In this document: positions 34,726 through 43,680 of the stretch, piece after piece
How positions within the stretch are numbered: position 1 is the stretch's first letter
How the letters are laid out: each line of letters opens with the position of its first letter
Source: Bryobacterales bacterium
Lineage (GTDB): Bacteria; Acidobacteriota; Terriglobia; Bryobacterales; UBA6623
Direction: 5' to 3'
DNA length: 64,000 nucleotides
Assembly: GCA_963667885.2 (NCBI GenBank)
Contig: CAXWPK010000006.1
Span: 1,127,445 to 1,191,444, forward strand
Notes under the pieces: model-generated
The model's database searches: none
What the model saw: only the letters and a program-made list of their open reading frames with translations
Told to the model about the DNA's origin: nothing
Made by a program: the position numbers and the translations under genes

Positions 34726-35340
34726 CTAGACCTCGCGGATCTCAGTGCCGGTGACGAAGAACTTGAAGCGCTCGGGTGGTAGCGACGCGTTGGCGGGACC
34801 GGATGTCCGAGCCCAGGCGTCAAACGCGCTGGCAGCCAATGACTCGTTCAGGAAGAGCAGGAACTTCTCCGAGAAGAACTCGATCGGCGGCGGCTGCCGA
34901 AACGTGAGGCGATAGCCCATGGCATTCTCAAGGTCGATCTCTCCGCGCGGGACATGCTTGTCTTCGAGTAGGCGCACGAAGCTGGCTCGACTCGCATGTG
35001 GCCAGATGTCAGGTGACAACAAGGGACGCAAGTCGGGCCGTGTGCTGAAGGTCGTTTCGCATTGTCCGATCCACTCCCGTATCGATTCGCCCCAGAACCA
35101 GTGTTCGAGGAACTGGGCGTAGTGTTCGGCAAGATTGACGGCGAGGCTGACGCGGCGCGATTCGAGTGTGCCGGATAGTTGCGCGGCGATGAGTTCGTCG
35201 CTTTCGATGACTTGCTGCGCGGTGGCGAGGATATCGTGGAGCGACTTTTCGGGACGACTGTCTTTGAGGAGCAATGGAGGCAGCTCATGCACCCTCTCTC
35301 CGGGAATGTTGACGTAGTCGCGATCGCCCAGCGTCTGCAT
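34726..35340 (-). CDS. hypothetical protein
   Basis: 204-aa ORF with no recognisable motif. It is co-directional with the fmdB-like gene upstream and phzF downstream. Confidence 0.5.
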   Translation of the reverse strand: MQTLGDRDYVNIPGERVHELPPLLLKDSRPEKSLHDILATAQQVIESDELIAAQLSGTLESRRVSLAVNLAEHYAQFLEHWFWGESIREWIGQCETTFSTRPDLRPLLSPDIWPHASRASFVRLLEDKHVPRGEIDLENAMGYRLTFRQPPPIEFFSEKFLLFLNESLAASAFDAWARTSGPANASLPPERFKFFVTGTEIREV

Positions 35341-35515
35341 GTCGTCCTCCTTGCCTAACTCTCGATCAAGCGTAACGTTAGACGCGCTCGAAGGCGGCCA
35401 GCGTTACGTTCGGTGGCGTCCGTTGGAGTGATGGTGCCCTAATGCAGGGGAGTTCCGCAAGATGCCTCGGTACCTAGCTCATCGGCTGAGAAGACCTGGG
35501 TTTCGCCTCAGCTAT

Positions 35516-35749
35516 TCAATTCATGGCGCACGGACCGCCGGGGACTCCGCATGGGCCGCACACCGGAGCGTCGGATTCGCTGAAGCTACCCGGCCCGCCG
35601 TCGTTCGATTTGGCCGCGAAGGTGGAGATCTGTTTCTGGACTTGTTCGCTGCCGCACTCTGGGCAATCCGGCGCCTCTTGCTGGCCGCCGAGAGTCAGTT
35701 TCTCGAAGTGTTGGGAACACTGGTGACACTGGTATTCGAAGATCGGCAT
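35516..35749 (-). CDS. FmdB-family zinc-ribbon protein
   Basis: Begins MPIFEYQCHQCSQHFE...CPECGS, the CxxC...CxxC pattern with the MPxYEYxC start typical of the family. Confidence 0.8.
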   Translation of the reverse strand: MPIFEYQCHQCSQHFEKLTLGGQQEAPDCPECGSEQVQKQISTFAAKSNDGGPGSFSESDAPVCGPCGVPGGPCAMN

Positions 35750-35823
35750 GTTTTGATTCTAACCTCTGACGGGGTTAGGAGGCGGCTCAAGAAGGAGTCC
35801 CAGAGGTCGATAAGAGCACTACC

Positions 35824-36222
35824 GTGGCTAGTTCCTCGCCAGTTCTTGAGATTGTCTCTGGAGGTTCTGAACCCCTGGATCGCGCCAAGGCTCGCCTGGT
35901 GCAAATGGCGGCGGGGTTGATCCGGCGATTGCCCGACTCGCAGGCACTTCTGTTGTTCGGACTCTTGGAAGAGTTTGAACGCGACGGGTATCTGGAGCGG
36001 GTTCGGGCGTACGAGCCTCCGCTGGTCAAGATTTTTGCCGACGTAGCGAACGGCTGGGACGAATCCGGTGCCTACGAGTTCGCGCGAGCTTGGGTCAGCA
36101 CGCTGGTCGCGCGTGAGGACGGTTTCGTTTGGGACGGTGCGACCGAGGGTGACAAGCGCGAGCATCGACGCAAGGTCTTCGATGAGCTGGAACGTCGAGG
36201 CGTCTTGCTGCCGCGAGACTAA
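35824..36222 (+). CDS. hypothetical protein
   Basis: It has a third-position G/C bias and a helical, charged sequence. I prefer it over the antisense ORF 35695-36279. The start is uncertain (GTG at 35824 or an internal ATG). Confidence 0.45.
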   Translation: MASSSPVLEIVSGGSEPLDRAKARLVQMAAGLIRRLPDSQALLLFGLLEEFERDGYLERVRAYEPPLVKIFADVANGWDESGAYEFARAWVSTLVAREDGFVWDGATEGDKREHRRKVFDELERRGVLLPRD

Positions 36223-37670
36223 CTCGCGTGCTCGGCGTGCGGTTCGACAGGCGTGTAGCCGGTGCGCCCCAGTCCACACTCCTCGTGAACGGCACGTACG
36301 GCATCTTGTAGCTGGTCTTGCTTCACGACAATCGCGATCGTGAGTTCGCTCGAGCCTTGAGCGATGGCGATGATGTTGATCTGTTGTGCGGAGATAGCGG
36401 TGAATAGACGTCCCGCCAAACCCGCCTCACCCTTCATTCCCTCACCGACACTGGCCAACAATCCGACGCTGTGATCGATCTCGATCGGGTGGACATAGTC
36501 GTGAGCGAGTTCGAGGGCTAGCTCCTCACGCAGGCTCTCGGTGAGGGCTTCGACTTCTTCGGTGCGGACGAGCATACAGAAGTTCTGGCGGAAGCTCGAT
36601 CGGGTCAATAGCAGAATCTCTGTCTTTGACCGGCCCGCGGCACCGAGCGCTCTCGCCATGAGTTGTGCGCCGGACTGCGTGAGGCTTACCGCTTCGATCG
36701 AAATCATCGTCACATCGGCGAACGAGGTGACAGCGCCAACGTTGTGGCTGTCCGCCCTTTGCGCGCTAATCAGCGTTCCGGGCGAATCAGGATTGAAGCT
36801 GTTCTTGATGCGGACCGGGATGTCGTGATCGACGAGCGGCTGCAGAGTTCTGGCGTGAAGTACCTTGGCACCGTTGTAGGCCAGCTCCGAGGCCTCGTTG
36901 TAAGTGACTGATGGCAGTACGCGAGCATCCGGGACGATGCGAGGATCGCCTGTCAAGATCCCGTCGACGTCGGTCCAGATCCATAGTTCCGAGGCTTCGA
37001 GTGCCGCGGCGATAATCGCCGCCGAGAAGTCGGAGCCTCCGCGCCCCAACGTGGTTCGCTCGCCACCAAGTGTGGAGCCGTTGAAACCGGTGACGATCGG
37101 AACGTTGCCGGATGCGAGCAGCGGCCCGAGAGCAGTCTGTGCCCTGTCGGTAGTCTCTGCCATCAGGGGAGAAGCCGCGCCGAACTCTTGATCTGTAGCG
37201 ATGACGCCCGCTGCGTCGACACGGGTGGCGGCGACTCCGCGAGACTGCAACAACTCAGCTACCAGTAGCGCAGACAACTGTTCGCCTGTCGTGACAGCTT
37301 CGTCGACCGCCCGGGCGGGTCGCTCGCGGAGCATGAGCATGCCACGGGCAATGCGCGAGTAGTCCCTGAGAATCGTCTCGATCTGCGCGATAGCTGCATC
37401 TTGCCGGTCGGCAGGTAGCAGCTCGCGGGCGGCTGCGATGTGCTTCTCTTCGAGGGTTCGGATACCGGACTCGACACCTGCCTGGTCGCCCTCTTCTCCG
37501 CACGCCAAGGTGTTGAGTAGAAGGTCGGTGATCTTCGACATCGCTGACACGACGACTACGGTCGGACGCGACGCGGCGGATTCGGCGCAGAGCTCGGCGA
37601 CCCGACCGATCCTCTCGGGCGAGCCAACGCTCGTCCCACCGAACTTCATTACGAGCAGGGAGTTACCCAT
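36219..37670 (-). CDS. lysC: aspartate kinase with C-terminal ACT domains
   Basis: Contains LLVMKFGGTSVGS, SAMSKITD and LGRGGSDFSAA. The ACT-like C-terminus includes VGEGMKGEAGLAGRLFTAIS. Confidence 0.9.
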   Translation of the reverse strand: MGNSLLVMKFGGTSVGSPERIGRVAELCAESAASRPTVVVVSAMSKITDLLLNTLACGEEGDQAGVESGIRTLEEKHIAAARELLPADRQDAAIAQIETILRDYSRIARGMLMLRERPARAVDEAVTTGEQLSALLVAELLQSRGVAATRVDAAGVIATDQEFGAASPLMAETTDRAQTALGPLLASGNVPIVTGFNGSTLGGERTTLGRGGSDFSAAIIAAALEASELWIWTDVDGILTGDPRIVPDARVLPSVTYNEASELAYNGAKVLHARTLQPLVDHDIPVRIKNSFNPDSPGTLISAQRADSHNVGAVTSFADVTMISIEAVSLTQSGAQLMARALGAAGRSKTEILLLTRSSFRQNFCMLVRTEEVEALTESLREELALELAHDYVHPIEIDHSVGLLASVGEGMKGEAGLAGRLFTAISAQQINIIAIAQGSSELTIAIVVKQDQLQDAVRAVHEECGLGRTGYTPVEPHAEHAS

Positions 37671-37828
37671 CCGTCTCTATCTTCTTCGCCTTCTGAAATG
37701 GAGCCTGAGATGGCGTTCGCGCTGCTGCGCCATCTCCAAAGCGTTGATTTCAGTATACTTCACGGGACTGTTCGGCCTCTCGGTGGGCGGGTTAGACCAG
37801 TTCTCGGCATACTATCTAGGTAATAACT

Positions 37829-39685
37829 TTGGCGGAGGGGTTTGGGCTTCCCTATGCAGCGCAGGTGGTATCCGAGAGAAGCTATGGACAATCGGAGTGT
37901 GTTTGGAGACTAGACTTGCAAACTACCCCATTGGGCAAGCCTCAAGAGTGGACCGCTAGTGATGCTTACGTCTGCTTTATCGCGCCGAGTCTCGCCCTCG
38001 ATTTGCCAGGTATGTTGAGCACACCTTGGGTTTTTTGGTTGGGCTTGGCAGCTCTAGGTGCCGGAGCCGGTACCCTGCGTCATTGGCACGCGACACAGCG
38101 CGAAAGACAACGCGAGCACCTTGTGGCGGCCCACGCCATGGCCGAGCAGTCGCTGACCGCGAACGACCGCGAGTCAGCCTTGCAGCCGTTGGTGGCATCG
38201 CTTCCGAGCCTGCTGGGCGCGACCAATGCGCAGATTCTTCTCGTCGATTCCACCGAGCAGCAGATGGCATACTTTGTCGGGGCGAAGGGGCGTCCTCGGG
38301 GCTCTGTCTCGATGAGCACGATCTCTGGGCCGGTCACCTGCTTTCGGGCCAGGGAGACGACGGAGGTGGCAGACGCGGAGAATTGCCCGTTCATCTCCCA
38401 TGAGTGGGTCACGAAGAGGAAGCTAAAAGCGGCTTTCTACGTGCCAATCTTGTCAGGGGACAACTGTGTTGGGGTCATCGAGGTCGAGGATAGAGTTCGG
38501 AAGAGAGGGTTCGATGCAGAGCAACGGGCCTTGGCCGAGCACCTGGCGAAGATCGCGGAACTAAGTCTGCGACTCCATGACCAGCGCAGCATGACCGAGC
38601 AACTCCATCGCAGCGAGAAGCTCGCTTCGATCAGCGAACTAGCCAGCGCCATGGCGGACGAGCTTGGTGAGCCATTCACCGAGGCGCAGAGCTTGCTCGT
38701 GGAGGCTGGTTCGCCTGCGAATGAAAAACTGCGTAAGGTGTCGGAGCAGGTGAGCCATGCACAAGATGCTGTTGATCGGCTTGTCCGATTTGCGACACCG
38801 AGTTCTTCCGCGCAACAGGATGTGGACCTGAATGCGCTGGTCTCCCGGATCGCGGCAGAGCACAAGACGGCGGATGACGGGCGCGGGACGATCAAGCTCG
38901 GCCTCAACGACCGAGCGCCGTTTGTCCGTGCTGATCCCGCTCACTTGGAGCAGGTGTTCCAGATTCTATTTCGACATGCGCGTCACTTCGTTAAGCAGAT
39001 AGAAGGCCACTCACTCCAAACGCATACGGCGATTCGGGACTCGATGGCGGTCGTCTCTATCGCGCCTCTGGCTTCGGCGGAACACTCGATGCGGCGGCGC
39101 TTGGCACAACTTCCTGATACGGCTGAGAACCGGACGCTGGGCTTTTCGATCTGCCAGGCGCTCGTCGAGAGGGCCGGTGGCTCCCTGCGAATAGATCCGG
39201 CGTCGAGTCTCGGCTTTAGAATCGATTTAGAGTACCCGCTATCCCGAAACGTCACTAAATCGACAGATGGTGCCGTTGCACTGGGTCGCACTCCCCATGG
39301 GATGCGTTCGGGCCCGACGACGGCTCTCGTTGTAGAACCCGATGAGAACATTAGGCGCGTGATTGTCCAGCAGCTGGCCGAGCAGAGCGTCCGTGCCATT
39401 CCCGTTCGGTCCTCGGAGGAAGCGAAAGCGATTTGTGGTCGCTTACAGGTCGACTGGGTGTTCTGCGAATTGAGTTTGCCGAAAGAAAGCGGCATTGAGT
39501 TGTATGAAGCAGTGAGGAAGGGAGTCGCGAAATTCATCTTCATCGCGGACGCCGCCGCTTGTGCAGCGAATCCAGAGGCGTTCCAAGCCTCGGACAAGGC
39601 CGTGCTGCAAAAGCCCGTGCGTACAGAAGCTGTTGATGCGTTGTTGGAAGAGCTTCAGGGCGGTCCTGTACTGAACGATGCTTAG
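37829..39685 (+). CDS. degenerate sensor kinase-like protein (TM-GAF-pseudo HisKA/HATPase-pseudo receiver)
   Basis: The H box reads SELASAMADELGEP (Asp where His is expected). The N box reads QILFRHARHF (no Asn). No DxGxG G1 box is present. The receiver reads ALVVEPDE and DWVFCELSLP (Glu where the phospho-Asp is expected), while LQKPV is retained. The likely start is the ATG at 38012 before the TM helix. Confidence 0.65.
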   Translation: MAEGFGLPYAAQVVSERSYGQSECVWRLDLQTTPLGKPQEWTASDAYVCFIAPSLALDLPGMLSTPWVFWLGLAALGAGAGTLRHWHATQRERQREHLVAAHAMAEQSLTANDRESALQPLVASLPSLLGATNAQILLVDSTEQQMAYFVGAKGRPRGSVSMSTISGPVTCFRARETTEVADAENCPFISHEWVTKRKLKAAFYVPILSGDNCVGVIEVEDRVRKRGFDAEQRALAEHLAKIAELSLRLHDQRSMTEQLHRSEKLASISELASAMADELGEPFTEAQSLLVEAGSPANEKLRKVSEQVSHAQDAVDRLVRFATPSSSAQQDVDLNALVSRIAAEHKTADDGRGTIKLGLNDRAPFVRADPAHLEQVFQILFRHARHFVKQIEGHSLQTHTAIRDSMAVVSIAPLASAEHSMRRRLAQLPDTAENRTLGFSICQALVERAGGSLRIDPASSLGFRIDLEYPLSRNVTKSTDGAVALGRTPHGMRSGPTTALVVEPDENIRRVIVQQLAEQSVRAIPVRSSEEAKAICGRLQVDWVFCELSLPKESGIELYEAVRKGVAKFIFIADAAACAANPEAFQASDKAVLQKPVRTEAVDALLEELQGGPVLNDA

Positions 39686-39998
39686 GGCTGCAACTGAGGC
39701 TTCGCCAGTCGCCGAGCGAGTCTGGGGAGTGGTCCGTAAGATCCCCCGCGGAAGAGTCGCTACTTACGGCGAGATCGGCGAAGAGATTGGGTGTACGGCG
39801 CGACAGGTCGGCTGGGCGCTACGGCGGGCGGGACCTGGCCGACGTTTGCCGTGGCACCGGGTCGTGGCGGCGCAGGGACGCATTGCGCTTCCCGAAGAGG
39901 CTGGCCTTGAGCAGCGCCTACGGCTCGAGCAGGAAGGCGTACCGTTTCGTGGGCGGCGCGTTTGGCTTGAGCGTTGCCGCAGAGATCGTCCTTGTTAG
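39678..39998 (+). CDS. atl: alkyltransferase-like protein (ATL; MGMT-family DNA-binding domain lacking the acceptor Cys)
   Basis: Contains VWGVVRKIPRGRVATYGEIGEEIG..ARQVGWAL..LPWHRVV, with PWHRV in place of PCHR as in E. coli YbaZ and S. pombe Atl1. Its start overlaps the upstream stop by 8 nt. Confidence 0.8.
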   Translation: MLRAATEASPVAERVWGVVRKIPRGRVATYGEIGEEIGCTARQVGWALRRAGPGRRLPWHRVVAAQGRIALPEEAGLEQRLRLEQEGVPFRGRRVWLERCRRDRPC

Positions 39999-40027
39999 AC
40001 TCGAATGTTCTATAGGTTCCGCTTCGA

Positions 40028-42070
40028 ATGAGTGATTCTTCTACCAACCCACTGCTCCAAATTCGCTTCGAAATTCCCTTTGATCAGATCGAGCCGCTGC
40101 ATGTCGAACCTGCGGCTGCTGTGCTGATTGCCGAGGCGCAAGCACAGGTTGACGCTATCTCGTCTGATTCGGGGCCGAGGACCCTCGAAAATACGCTTCT
40201 CGCGCTAGAGTCCGCGACCGAAAAGCTGGAGTTCGCCATGGGCGTAGTCGCTCATCTTGAGTCCGTGAAAACGTCTGACGAACTCCGAGCGGCCTATAAC
40301 GCGGTGCGCCCCAAGTTGAGCGAGTTCTATTCCGCGATCACCCTTAATGAGAACCTGTGGAATCAGCTGAAGAGGTACGCGGAGACCGATGAGGCTCATT
40401 CGCTGACCGGCTTGCGTGGGAGGTTCCTCAAGAAGACCCTCGATGATTTTCGTCGTTCGGGCGCCGATCTTGACCCGGCGGGAAAGAAGCAATTGGCAGC
40501 GCTGGATGTAGAACTCGCTCTGGCGACACAGAAGTTCTCGGAGAACGTGCTGGACGCGACGAACGCTTTTCAGCTCGTAATCACCGACGAGGTGGGCCTA
40601 GCTGGACTGCCCGAAAGTGCACGGGAAGCTGCCCGTGAGAGCGCTGAGAAGAAGGACCAAGAAGGCTGGCGATTCACGCTACAAGCGCCGAGCTATCTCG
40701 CGGTCATGACCTATCTCGATGACCGCAATGTTCGCGAGCAAGTCTGGCGAGCCTTCAGCACCCGTGCATCGGGTGGGGAGTTTGATAACACTGCGCTGCT
40801 AGCCCAGATCCTCAAACTCCGTGCGGAGAAGGCCGTGTTGCTCGGTCGTAAGGACTTCGCTGATTGGGTGCTTGAGGATCGCATGTCGAAGGGCGGGGCG
40901 CGGGCGAAAGAGTTTATCGCCGAGTTGACCGTTCGTACTCGCGAGCCGTTTCTTGTTGAGAATCAGGCATTGAACGAGTTTCGAGAGTCTGTTGCAGGCC
41001 CCGATGTCGCCCCGATCGAGCCCTGGGACGTCGCATACTACGCCGAGAAACTGCGGCAACGAGAGTACGATTTCGACGAAGAGCAGTTACGGCCCTACTT
41101 CTCGTATGAGCGAGTCAAACAGGGTTTGTTTGATTTGGTGGGGAGACTCTACGGCGTAGAGGTTCGCTCGGAGACGGGGGTTCCGGTGTGGCGGGAGGAT
41201 GTTCAGTATTACTCGTTGTACGACGCCGACGGGACCAAACTCGGCTCATTCTATGCCGACTACTTCCCGAGCGAGGAAAAGCGCGGCGGCGCGTGGATGG
41301 ATTCGTTCTTGACGGGAGCCAAGATCAGCGACGGATGGGAACCTCACCTGGGTCTGATGTGTGGCAACCTGAATCCGCCGGTGGGCGACAAACCGGCGCT
41401 GCTTACCCACAGGGACGTGGAGACGTTGTTCCACGAATTTGGTCACCTGCTGCACCATCTGCTGACTCGCGTCGAGATTCGCAGTCTTGCGGGCACGAAC
41501 GTGGCGTGGGATTTCGTGGAACTGCCATCACAAATCATGGAGAACTGGTGCTGGGAGCGTGAGGCGATCGATCTGTTTGCCCAGCACTATGAAACGGGCC
41601 AACGGATTCCAGATGATCTCTTCGAGAAGATGAAGCGCGCTCGCAACTTCCGGTCCGCCAACGGCCAGATGCGGCAGCTGGGCCTGGCGACTCTCGATCT
41701 CGCACTGCACATCGACTACGTTCCAGATCGCGATGGCGATGCTGTCGCCTATGGGCGCGGGATTTTGGCGAAGTTCGCCTCAACCCGATTGCCGGATGAC
41801 TACGCGATGCCGACCGCATTTACACATCTTTTCGCCGACCCGGTCGGCTACGGTGCGGGCTACTACTCCTACAAATGGTCCGAGGTTCTCGATGCCGATG
41901 CCTTCACGCGGTTTGCGAGTGAAGGCATCTTCAACCCGGAGACGGGAGCCGCTTTCCGCGAGAACATCCTCTCGAAAGGCGATAGTGAGGAGCCCGAGAA
42001 GCTGTTCCGGGCTTTCATGGGACGTGATCCGAGTTCCGAAGCGCTGATGGCCAGACTTGGACTGGCGTAG
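40028..42070 (+). CDS. M3 family metallopeptidase (oligopeptidase A / dipeptidyl carboxypeptidase-like)
   Basis: 680 aa. Contains the HEFGHLLHH zinc motif and the downstream E in VELPSQIMENW. Confidence 0.85.
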   Translation: MSDSSTNPLLQIRFEIPFDQIEPLHVEPAAAVLIAEAQAQVDAISSDSGPRTLENTLLALESATEKLEFAMGVVAHLESVKTSDELRAAYNAVRPKLSEFYSAITLNENLWNQLKRYAETDEAHSLTGLRGRFLKKTLDDFRRSGADLDPAGKKQLAALDVELALATQKFSENVLDATNAFQLVITDEVGLAGLPESAREAARESAEKKDQEGWRFTLQAPSYLAVMTYLDDRNVREQVWRAFSTRASGGEFDNTALLAQILKLRAEKAVLLGRKDFADWVLEDRMSKGGARAKEFIAELTVRTREPFLVENQALNEFRESVAGPDVAPIEPWDVAYYAEKLRQREYDFDEEQLRPYFSYERVKQGLFDLVGRLYGVEVRSETGVPVWREDVQYYSLYDADGTKLGSFYADYFPSEEKRGGAWMDSFLTGAKISDGWEPHLGLMCGNLNPPVGDKPALLTHRDVETLFHEFGHLLHHLLTRVEIRSLAGTNVAWDFVELPSQIMENWCWEREAIDLFAQHYETGQRIPDDLFEKMKRARNFRSANGQMRQLGLATLDLALHIDYVPDRDGDAVAYGRGILAKFASTRLPDDYAMPTAFTHLFADPVGYGAGYYSYKWSEVLDADAFTRFASEGIFNPETGAAFRENILSKGDSEEPEKLFRAFMGRDPSSEALMARLGLA

Positions 42071-42098
42071 TTGCTAGATTCGGTGAGGCGAGAAAGCG

Positions 42099-42135
42099 AA
42101 ACGCCGCGACCGGGGGGAGACCGATCGCGGCGTTT
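42099..42135. terminator. intrinsic terminator after the M3 peptidase gene
   Basis: AAACGCCGCGA-(15 nt)-TCGCGGCGTTT is a perfect 11-bp stem ending in TTT. Confidence 0.65.
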
Positions 42136-42325
42136 GCTTACATCTACGAGAAGTGCATAAGCGAAACCCTTGGAAGAAGACGATGCCGAGTCAAAGGTTA
42201 GAATCTCGCTCTCGCGAACCTGTCTTGAACTGACATCATCGTACCAGCGCCGCAGGTTCGTGAGAACTCGGAGACATCCCGGTTTTCTAGGATGTTCTCC
42301 TAGGCGAGCTTCGTCGCTTGCCGAA

Positions 42326-42997
42326 CTATTGGCGTTTGCGGAGGGACGCCAGAGCACCCAGGCCCAATCCGAAGAGCAGAAGCGTCGCTGGCTCGGGGAC
42401 CGGTGGAAGACCTTCGTTATAGTCGATCACAAGGTCCCACCCTCGGAGGGTTCCAGAATCGTTATCAACGATGTCGAAAATCGTGAGCTGCCAAGTGCCA
42501 TCTACGAGAGTCCCGTTGAACTCATCATCCAGCGATACGTCCACATCGTTGATCGTCGAAGCGCCGTAGTTTCCACCTGGGACGATGGCGTTGTTGCCAG
42601 TTGCACCCTCTGCTGCATCCCAAAGGCTTGCCGTAAAGGCGTCGTTAAAAGAGTAAACACCATCGAAATTGCTGTTGTCGCCAGCGTTAATACCGTCGAC
42701 GGAGCTTACGCGGTAGACCAAGTCCGCGACAACTCCCGTGGCTAGGTTGCTCAACGTGATCCGGAGATTTCCCGATCGCTCATGGAACATATCGACGTTC
42801 ACGGTGATGCCCGTGATGATCCCTCCAGGATTGGGAGCGCTGATGACGATATCGAACGTAACCGTCCCGATCTCCCCGGTTTCGGGAATCGGGCCGCCGG
42901 TCGTATTGGCCCCTGTGATAGTGGCAGCTGGCGACAGACTCGTGAACGTCATCGCCACGATAACCGCCGCAATCCTTACCGTTCCCTGGATGCTCAT
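42326..42997 (-). CDS. PEP-CTERM-anchored protein with a proprotein-convertase P-domain-like module
   Basis: The C-terminus VPEPATLLLFGLGLGALASLRKRQ has the PEP motif, a TM helix and a basic tail. P-domain-like blocks are ITVNVDMFHERSGNLRITLS and GTWQLTIFDIVDNDSGTLRGWDLVI. The ATG at 42997 (MSIQGTV.., signal peptide) is preferred. Confidence 0.75.
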   Translation of the reverse strand: MSIQGTVRIAAVIVAMTFTSLSPAATITGANTTGGPIPETGEIGTVTFDIVISAPNPGGIITGITVNVDMFHERSGNLRITLSNLATGVVADLVYRVSSVDGINAGDNSNFDGVYSFNDAFTASLWDAAEGATGNNAIVPGGNYGASTINDVDVSLDDEFNGTLVDGTWQLTIFDIVDNDSGTLRGWDLVIDYNEGLPPVPEPATLLLFGLGLGALASLRKRQ

Positions 42998-43143
42998 CTC
43001 TCTCTGCCTCGACAGGCCTATGCCCGCTACTGCTGAAGGTATCAACTGTCAACCGGACCAGATATAGGGCGAATCGCCCAGGTGAGCAAGGAAAGAGCCC
43101 AGCAGACCTTAGTACTAATCCTAGGTTCCCGGTACAATCCGGC

Positions 43144-43680
43144 TTGACCCGTCTACTTCCATTCGCGCTCTGCGCCTGCTGGCTGGTTTCCGTTGGTTGC
43201 TCGACGACCCCGGAATCGACCCCGGCAAGGAGTATCAATCAGCGGGTACTGCCTAACGTGGTGGGCGACATCGCCGTTGGTCGCGAGATCTTCTATCGTC
43301 GGGAAGCACCTAAGTGTTGGGTCTGCCACGCGATCGGTGACGAAAAAGATCGAGCAGGGCCGAACCTGGCCAACATCGCTAGCCGATACGACCGCGCTGA
43401 GCTACTAGATTCTCTGATCAACCCATCGCGTGATATCGCTGACGGCCATGCCGTAGAGATCATCGAAACGCGATCCATCGGTCTCACGATTGGAGTTGTG
43501 GCACGGGAGAGACCGAGCCTTTTGGTTCGTAACGAATTCGGTGACGAAATTGCGGTGCCACTCGACGAGGTGATCGCTCGTCGCGAATCTGATGTTTCGA
43601 TGATGCCGGATGACCTAACCGACAGTTTGAGCGACCAGGAAATGGTCGACCTCTTGGTGTTTCTCGGCTCGTTACGTTAG
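43144..43680 (+). CDS. lipoprotein c-type cytochrome (single CxxCH heme-binding domain)
   Basis: Has a lipobox LVSVGC and the heme motif CWVCHA. It resembles the putative heme-binding domain common in Planctomycetes, Verrucomicrobia and Acidobacteria. Confidence 0.7.
   Translation: MTRLLPFALCACWLVSVGCSTTPESTPARSINQRVLPNVVGDIAVGREIFYRREAPKCWVCHAIGDEKDRAGPNLANIASRYDRAELLDSLINPSRDIADGHAVEIIETRSIGLTIGVVARERPSLLVRNEFGDEIAVPLDEVIARRESDVSMMPDDLTDSLSDQEMVDLLVFLGSLR

Noticed and set aside
35695-36279. 194-aa minus-strand ORF overlapping 35824-36222 (+) and the lysC 3' end.
   Set aside because: The product is Arg/Ser/Pro-rich and low in complexity, typical of antisense frames in GC-rich DNA. The plus-strand frame shows the third-position G/C bias and a more protein-like sequence.
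43046-43143. The GGGCGAATCGCCC mini-palindrome and surrounding spacer between the PEP-CTERM and cytochrome c genes were considered as a regulatory site.
   Set aside because: It is a 5-bp stem with a 3-nt loop only, which is too short to distinguish from chance.
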